Source of the DNA: a virus
Lineage: Duplodnaviria > Caudoviricetes
Virus record (IMG/VR): IMGVR_UViG_3300032820_000075
Location: 1 to 29,078 of that record
DNA: 29,078 bases
Strand: one strand, 5' to 3'
Part shown: positions 23,734 through 29,078 of the stretch, piece after piece
How the letters are laid out: each line of letters begins with the position of its first letter
How positions within the stretch are numbered: position 1 is the stretch's first letter
Position numbers and translations under genes: made by a program
The notes under the pieces: model-generated
Told to the model about the DNA's origin: nothing
What the model saw: the letters and a program-made list of their open reading frames with translations, nothing else
Databases searched by the model: none

Positions 23734-23964
23734 TCACCTCGTCGCGCGTTCGAGATCGCGCTCGGCCTCGTGCTGGTGTCGTGTCTCGCGCCGCCGTTTC
23801 GATCGCGGATTTTTCGCGCCTGAAAAAGTCCCGGCAGTTTGCTCGGGGCACTCGGCCCCGCACACGCCGCAGACCTCGGATCGCACTTCGCCGAACCCGC
23901 ACGACTCGACGCGCGACTCAGCCGACGCGCCGCACCGATGGCACGATCGATCGCGGTCGGTCAT
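23734..23964 (-). CDS. small zinc-ribbon protein
   Basis: CHRCG...GFG.....VCGVCG; ATGA coupling. Confidence 0.6.
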   Translation of the reverse strand: MTDRDRSCHRCGASAESRVESCGFGEVRSEVCGVCGAECPEQTAGTFSGAKNPRSKRRRETRHQHEAERDLERATR

Positions 23965-24383
23965 ATCCGCTTCACCTGGAGATCCTGCGCGAGCCGTTTG
24001 AGCATTCGACCGGATTGCCGGTGCGCCGTGTTGTACAGCCACTTACGCTCGCCGTCGTCGTGCCTGTAGTGGGCGTAATGCTGAATAAAGACATACGGGA
24101 TCTCGTCGGGTGCGCCGCCGAATCCATACTTCGCGACAAAGTCGTCGCCGAGCTGGAACCCGTCGCCCGCGATAGCAGAGCGGGCCAGGTCGCCAGAATC
24201 CCACGGCGTGCGCTCCTGCGCGAGTCCCTTCTGGTACTCGGCCTCGTCGCCCAGTGCGGCTTTTGCCTGGCCGGGGATCCGACGCATCTGGCGTTCGAGC
24301 GCCTCGCGCAGATCGCGCTGGCCGCGTAGTTTAAAATTCGCGCTCTTGGCCGCCGTCGCGTCGATCGGTTTGCGGATGCCCAT
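23961..24383 (-). CDS. HK97 gp10-like tail completion/neck protein
   Basis: AQERTPWDSGDLARS...YVFIQH......G..KWL. Confidence 0.8.
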   Translation of the reverse strand: MGIRKPIDATAAKSANFKLRGQRDLREALERQMRRIPGQAKAALGDEAEYQKGLAQERTPWDSGDLARSAIAGDGFQLGDDFVAKYGFGGAPDEIPYVFIQHYAHYRHDDGERKWLYNTAHRQSGRMLKRLAQDLQVKRI

Positions 24384-24386
24384 CGC

Positions 24387-24800
24387 CTAATCCTCGGCCA
24401 CCGTGTAGACGAAGTCGGCCGCGATGTGCTTGGTTTTGATGCCGTTGATCAGCTCGTCGGGCAGCGACGTCGATCCCTCGTGCAGTACTTGGATCGCCGT
24501 GTGGTTCGTCAGGCTCGGCGTTGTGCCGCGAATCAAGTCGACAGCCTTGTTGATCACTTGCTGCGCTTCCTGGTTCCCGGCGTACTGCGAGAAACAGTGC
24601 ACTCGCACCCGGCACCGTTTGAAGATCTGCCCGAACGTGCCCTCGGTGTCATCCTCGCGCACCGTGTACCACGCGAACGGATAGCTGACACTCTGCGGCG
24701 GGTCGTCATACACGCCGCCCGAGGCCAGCGTCGTAAACGCCGACACGTTCAACGCGGTATAGACCGCCTCGCCGATCGGTTCGAGGGCTGAGCGTGGCAT
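24387..24800 (-). CDS. tail terminator (DUF3168/gp17-like)
   Basis: AVYTALN.......GGVYDDPPQ..SYPF...VHCFSQYAG..EA..V. Confidence 0.85.
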   Translation of the reverse strand: MPRSALEPIGEAVYTALNVSAFTTLASGGVYDDPPQSVSYPFAWYTVREDDTEGTFGQIFKRCRVRVHCFSQYAGNQEAQQVINKAVDLIRGTTPSLTNHTAIQVLHEGSTSLPDELINGIKTKHIAADFVYTVAED

Positions 24801-25153
24801 CAGGCCGCCGCCCCGCAATCTAGCGCCAGCGTTTGCGATGCCCGGTCAGGCCGGATGCCGTGGATCTCCAAATAGGTCGCCCCGGCTCCGCTGGCCCACG
24901 ACGGCGTCCAACTCACGCGCATTTTCGGTGTCACGTCGGATCGGTAGCGCACCGTGACCTCGTACCCGACCTTCGAGGCCGCCGCCTTCGCCGCGATCGA
25001 CTCGCGACTCGATAGTGCCCGCACGTCGGCCCACACGGTCGCCAGGGTGCCCCAGGACGCCGATCGCCCGCCTTGGTTATCCACGCTCGTCGTCGCTGTT
25101 TGAATCGTCACACGCTCGCTGAGCCTCGCCGGGTTGAATGGTCGCCGCGCCAT
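24800..25153 (-). CDS. head closure / head-tail joining protein (SPP1 gp16-like)
   Basis: RLSERVTIQ......DNQGG...W..LATVWA.V..LS.RE...VTVRYRSDV...MRV. Confidence 0.92.
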   Translation of the reverse strand: MARRPFNPARLSERVTIQTATTSVDNQGGRSASWGTLATVWADVRALSSRESIAAKAAASKVGYEVTVRYRSDVTPKMRVSWTPSWASGAGATYLEIHGIRPDRASQTLALDCGAAA

Positions 25154-25746
25154 CAGCCGATCCCCTGCCCGCCGCGATACGCCGCCACATGCCCGGCGTA
25201 GGCGACGTCGACCTGCTCGATCCCGGCAATCGGATCGGGCTGCTCGAACCAGTGCGCCACGAGCTGATACAGCGCGAGCCGCAACGGTTGCGGCACACTC
25301 GACCCGCTCGCCCCGTAGCCCGCAACAAACCGCACGACGGCGCTGCTATGCGTTCGCAGATCCGTCGGCCAGTCTTCGTCGTCGTTCAGCGCGATCCGTC
25401 CCTGCGCCGTATCGACGAGGTATTTTGAGCTGGCGAACGTCGCCGAGGCGTCGTCTTCGTCATAACTCGTGATCGACGTTACCGACGCCAGCGGCAACCG
25501 TGGCAGCACGATCGCCCGCTCGTCGGGAAACTGATCAAACGTCAGATCCCAAGTTGTCGTGATCAGGCTGCGCCCGGTGTCGGCCTCGACACGCTGCCGC
25601 GCCGCCGCGATCAGATCGTCAACGAGATCATCCTGCGTCGAATGGTCGACCCGCAAAAACGCCTTCGCCTCGGCGGTCGTGATCGGCTCGGCACTCGGGG
25701 CCGATACCTCGACCAGCTCGTGCCAGATATCCGACCACTTAGCCAC
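25153..25746 (-). CDS. head-tail connector (HK97 gp6 / phiE125 gp8-like)
   Basis: EPITTAEAKAFLRVD...LIAAAR..VE..TGRSLI...LP..P..SVTSI.Y...F.AGYG....VP..LR.A...LVAHWFE; GTG at 25746. Confidence 0.92.
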   Translation of the reverse strand: MAKWSDIWHELVEVSAPSAEPITTAEAKAFLRVDHSTQDDLVDDLIAAARQRVEADTGRSLITTTWDLTFDQFPDERAIVLPRLPLASVTSITSYDEDDASATFASSKYLVDTAQGRIALNDDEDWPTDLRTHSSAVVRFVAGYGASGSSVPQPLRLALYQLVAHWFEQPDPIAGIEQVDVAYAGHVAAYRGGQGIG

Positions 25747-25954
25747 GCTTGCCCCGGCGTCGCGGCTGCGCGCGTGCCGTCGTCGCGACTTCCGGCGCAC
25801 CGCCGACTGCCGCCGCTTCGGGCGCACCGTCGACTGCGACCGCTTGATCGCTGTCGATCAATCGCGCCGCGAGTAACGGCTCGCACTCGACGACCTCGCC
25901 GGGCCTGGCTGTCAGATCCGCACCTGCGATCGACGTCAACATTCTGATTTGCAT
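25739..25954 (-). CDS. small post-capsid protein (head fibre/decoration or gpFI-like)
   Basis: GAGG RBS; MQIRMLTSIAG.....PGEVVE.....A.RLI....A, with a basic C-terminus. Confidence 0.75.
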   Translation of the reverse strand: MQIRMLTSIAGADLTARPGEVVECEPLLAARLIDSDQAVAVDGAPEAAAVGGAPEVATTARAQPRRRGKRG

Positions 25955-25972
25955 CGTGTGTCGCCTCTCTGG

Positions 25973-26012
25973 AAAAAGGCGGCGCAGGCGCACTACGCAC
26001 CCGCGCCACCTT
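25973..26012 (-). terminator. intrinsic terminator after the major capsid gene
   Basis: AGGTGGCGCGGGTGC-GTAGT-GCGCCTGCGCCGCCT stem with G.U pairs, followed by a T-run. Confidence 0.8.
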
Positions 26013-26033
26013 GAGCAGTTCAGCACCGCCCGA

Positions 26034-27215
26034 CTAGGCCTGCTGGAGAACCTTGACCGCGTCGGTGAGTACGTTTGCGCCGTCGGTGCGGCTCGATGCA
26101 ATGAACCCGACCTGGCCGTTCGCGGCATACAACTCATTGAGACGTTGCACCGAGATCCCGGCACGGTCTGCGATCCAGTACGCCGATCCGATGTCACCGA
26201 ATACGATCGACTTTTTCGCCGTCGTCGGAACCGGGATCCCGTCGCTCGTGTAGACCGGGCGACCGAGTAGCCGGTCGGGTGCCCCAGCCTGGAGGCCTGG
26301 CTGCCATAAGAATTGTGAATCACCATCAACCAGTTTCCTGACTAGTTGCACCGTGTTGTCGTGCAAAAGCCACGACGCCCGATCGCGATACTGCCGACCG
26401 AGACTGTGGTACAGGCTTACCAACTCCAGAGCAGTCACCGCCGCCGCGCCCGCCGCTGTTACCGCCACGGTCGCGTCGTAGATCGTTCCCTTGGGCTGTC
26501 CAGAGCCAGAACCATCGCAAAATGCAGCTTCCTCCAACACGCCGATCCGTCGGCCGAACTCCTGCGCGAGGTAGCCTTCGAGGTCGTAGGCGTTGTCGTT
26601 CAGCAACTCGTCGCTGACCTTCACCAGCGTCGAGGCCTTGTAGGCCGAGAACTGCACAATACCGAACGCCGGATCGCTCTCCGTATGAGCACTTTCCTCG
26701 GTGGTCCAGCTTGCGGTGCCTTGCGAGCTAACCGTCGGTACGTTGAAGGTGCCGCTAGTCGTCGTCACGACGGTCGCCAACTGGCGCATCACGTTTTCTG
26801 CGTTGCGCGCCTGGACGAGCTGATTCGACCAGCTATCGGGCACCAGGTAGCCGCCCTCGCTGTTCGTGCCGACTTCGAGCGCACGACGCTCCATAACGCC
26901 GCTTCGCAGGTAGCCGTCGAATGCCTCGCGGTACTCGTCGGACCCGACGCCGATGCGCGTCTCGGTGTGTACGGGCACGCTCACCGTTGACGGTGTGCGC
27001 GTTTCCATTGGCTCGGCGATCTGGACGTCGGCCCGCTCTTCGGCCTCGACCGCTTCGGCACGGTCGATCGTCGCCTTCAGTGCGTCGATGTCGTCGTTGA
27101 TTGCGTCGAACTTCGTCAGCTCGTCGACTGTCATGCCCCGCGACTCGTCGTCGGCGGCCTTGACAATCTGGCGCTGCTGTTCGACCAGCTTGGCGCGTTG
27201 TTCACGTAGCTTCAT
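26034..27215 (-). CDS. major capsid protein, HK97 family (with delta domain)
   Basis: N-terminal coiled coil; RALEVGTNSEGGYLVP, VKVSDELLND, DLEGYLAQEF.RRIG..EE.AF..G.GSGQPKG, LLGRPVYTS, FGD...Y.IADR. Confidence 0.97.
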   Translation of the reverse strand: MKLREQRAKLVEQQRQIVKAADDESRGMTVDELTKFDAINDDIDALKATIDRAEAVEAEERADVQIAEPMETRTPSTVSVPVHTETRIGVGSDEYREAFDGYLRSGVMERRALEVGTNSEGGYLVPDSWSNQLVQARNAENVMRQLATVVTTTSGTFNVPTVSSQGTASWTTEESAHTESDPAFGIVQFSAYKASTLVKVSDELLNDNAYDLEGYLAQEFGRRIGVLEEAAFCDGSGSGQPKGTIYDATVAVTAAGAAAVTALELVSLYHSLGRQYRDRASWLLHDNTVQLVRKLVDGDSQFLWQPGLQAGAPDRLLGRPVYTSDGIPVPTTAKKSIVFGDIGSAYWIADRAGISVQRLNELYAANGQVGFIASSRTDGANVLTDAVKVLQQA

Positions 27216-27301
27216 GCGATCCCCCTCAGTAAGGCCGCGTTGCTGCGTGTGGGCTAGCTAGCCGATGACGCGAGCGCCGACGCGAGTGTTAAACCGTTGT
27301 C

Positions 27302-27889
27302 CTACTCGTGCATCGTGTGCCGGGCGACCGTCAGACGTCGCTGCGCGGTCGCGCTGTCGTTCGTGTGTGTACGGGCTGCCGCCTGGCTGCGCGCCTCGGC
27401 GGTCGTCTCTGCATACGCGGGCATCGTCACGGGCGAAACGTCATACAGGGCGACGCGTTCTAAATGTCGCACCGGCAAGTCGCCCGGCGTTGCGCCGTCA
27501 GTCCAGCGATCTTGTAATACGCGGAACCCGAACGAGCTGCCAGAAATGTCGCCGCGTTGCAGCAACTCAAGCACCTCGCGGCCGGTCGCGGTGTCCGGCG
27601 GGCGCACCAGGTAGCGCAGTCCCGTCTCGTCGACCGCAATCGACGCGGTGCCGCTTTTGGTGCGACCGAGTAACCGGCTCGGGTCGTGGTTAAACAAGAC
27701 GCGCACGTCGTCGCCGAGGGCGTCATCGAACGCGCCGCGATCGATCGTCTCGGTGAACGCGCCCGCGATCGTCGTCGGCGTGTCGAAGATCGCCGCGTAG
27801 CCGGTGATCTCGTTGTGCGGCCCGGCGTCGTCGCCAGACGCACGCGCCTCGACGCGTCGGGTTAGGGTGCGAACTTCGCGATCTGCCAT
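27302..27889 (-). CDS. prohead protease, HK97 family (peptidase S78)
   Basis: ITGYAAIFD, F.ETI..GAF, LFNHD...LGRT.SGT, RGDISGSSFGF, LYDVSPVTMPAY..T. Confidence 0.96.
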   Translation of the reverse strand: MADREVRTLTRRVEARASGDDAGPHNEITGYAAIFDTPTTIAGAFTETIDRGAFDDALGDDVRVLFNHDPSRLLGRTKSGTASIAVDETGLRYLVRPPDTATGREVLELLQRGDISGSSFGFRVLQDRWTDGATPGDLPVRHLERVALYDVSPVTMPAYAETTAEARSQAAARTHTNDSATAQRRLTVARHTMHE

Positions 27890-27898
27890 CGTGCCCCC

Positions 27899-29078
27899 TT
27901 AGTTCGGTTCGCCAGTCGCGAGCGCCAGCAAGCGCGCCGACTGCTCGTCGCTGATTGCGTCGACCGGGTCGTCGGGTGCTCCTGCCGCCTGCATGTTAAG
28001 CGGCTGCATGTAGTCGTTGCCCGCGTCGCCGATCGGGTTCATGTCTTCGAGCTTGCGAACGTCGTTGATCGACAGCCAACCCCATTGCCTGCCGGTCGCG
28101 TACGCCTGATACCGCGTCTGAATATCACCGCGCAACATGCCCTCGATCACGAACTTGGAAAAGTGCGTGCGCGTCGAGCGGGCCGACAGTAGCGTTTTAT
28201 CGAGCTGCGATTCCCACCGACGCAGCCAGCCCGAGATCTCGCGCGCAAAGTCGATCGCCTGCTGCTCGACCGAGTTGTAGGTTGCGGCGTGTTCCATTTC
28301 GTACAGTGTCCACGGCGGCAGGCCGAATAGCCGCGCGATGTCGAGCACGCCGAGCTGCCGCGCTTCGATCCACTGGCTGTCACGATTGCCGACGCTGATC
28401 GGGTTCCACGTCCATCCGTCTTCGAGCAGCGCCACGCGATGCGCGCGTGCCGCCCCCTTGTGCGCGGCATCCCACGACGAGCGCAGGCGTTGGTGCGCCT
28501 GCTCGGTGAGTCGCCCGCCGCGCGGCCCTTGCAGGACGCCGCCCGGTGCCGCGCCGTTGCCGAAAAACGTCTGCCCGTAGGTGTCGGCCGCAATCGCCCC
28601 GGCGACCGCATCGCGTGCGACCTCGATCGGCGAACGCCCGACAACGCCGTCGGCGCTAAAGGATCGCAGGTGCAGGATCGGCGGGTGCAGCGGGTCGGCG
28701 ACGAACTCGTGCCGCGCCACGTCGGTCTGGTATGAATACACGAGCCGCAGATCCTTGTCGCGCGAGATCTGCATCCGTCGCGCCTGGAGTGGATACAGCG
28801 CGGTGATGCGTTGCTGACGGTCGCGCACGATCTGCGCGAACGCGTTGCCGTAGAGACACAGATCGCTTTGGAGCGCCTCGCGGAAATCCATCGAGGTCTG
28901 CTCGCCGTTCGGCGAATCGTGCAGCAGCGGATAGAGCCGGTGCGCCGGTTCGGCGATCTTGCCGTCGTTCGGCAGGCGTCGATAGATCTTGAGCGGTAGC
29001 GATCCTACGGTCGCGCTGATCAAACTCACGGCGCGATAAACGGCAGGATGGCGCAGCGCCGTTTCGTGTGTCACGGTC
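27899..29078 (-). CDS. portal protein, HK97 family (5' end outside window)
   Basis: AVYRAVSLIS..V.SLPL, LL...PN..QT..DF, YGNAF..I.RD, G.SPI..AR, FFGNGA.PGGVL, IARLFGLPP, EQQ.IDF, LRGD...RY..Y. Confidence 0.97.
   Translation of the reverse strand, partial: TVTHETALRHPAVYRAVSLISATVGSLPLKIYRRLPNDGKIAEPAHRLYPLLHDSPNGEQTSMDFREALQSDLCLYGNAFAQIVRDRQQRITALYPLQARRMQISRDKDLRLVYSYQTDVARHEFVADPLHPPILHLRSFSADGVVGRSPIEVARDAVAGAIAADTYGQTFFGNGAAPGGVLQGPRGGRLTEQAHQRLRSSWDAAHKGAARAHRVALLEDGWTWNPISVGNRDSQWIEARQLGVLDIARLFGLPPWTLYEMEHAATYNSVEQQAIDFAREISGWLRRWESQLDKTLLSARSTRTHFSKFVIEGMLRGDIQTRYQAYATGRQWGWLSINDVRKLEDMNPIGDAGNDYMQPLNMQAAGAPDDPVDAISDEQSARLLALATGEPN

Overview
This window is most of a GC-rich temperate HK97-like siphophage genome, almost all encoded on the minus strand. 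From right to left it carries: portal (5' end cut off by the window edge), prohead protease, major capsid, neck genes, two paralogous tail-tube genes, a tail chaperone with a -1 frameshift, tape measure, a single tail-tip gene, a low-GC tail fibre, and a lysis region (holin-like genes, a GH-A-like hydrolase, a T4-type lysozyme). Then come a metallophosphoesterase cassette, an attP-like site built on the 5' half of tRNA-Ala(CGC), a divergent repressor/cro-xis switch, an early operon (SSB-like, PD-(D/E)xK exonuclease, replication and resolvase-like genes), DUF1524 and HNH nucleases, a block of small Cys-rich genes, and a cos-like element at the left edge. Terminase genes are outside the window. 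Three observations stand out. First, the attP architecture is complete (arm repeats, Xis-like repeats, tRNA core with its own TATAAT) but no integrase gene is present. Second, a ~210-nt intergenic element folds into a multi-way junction of abutting helices directly upstream of a replication-like gene that lacks its usual N-terminal domain. Third, the tail-tube gene is duplicated. All family calls come from motif recognition by eye, not database searches, and the host cannot be determined.
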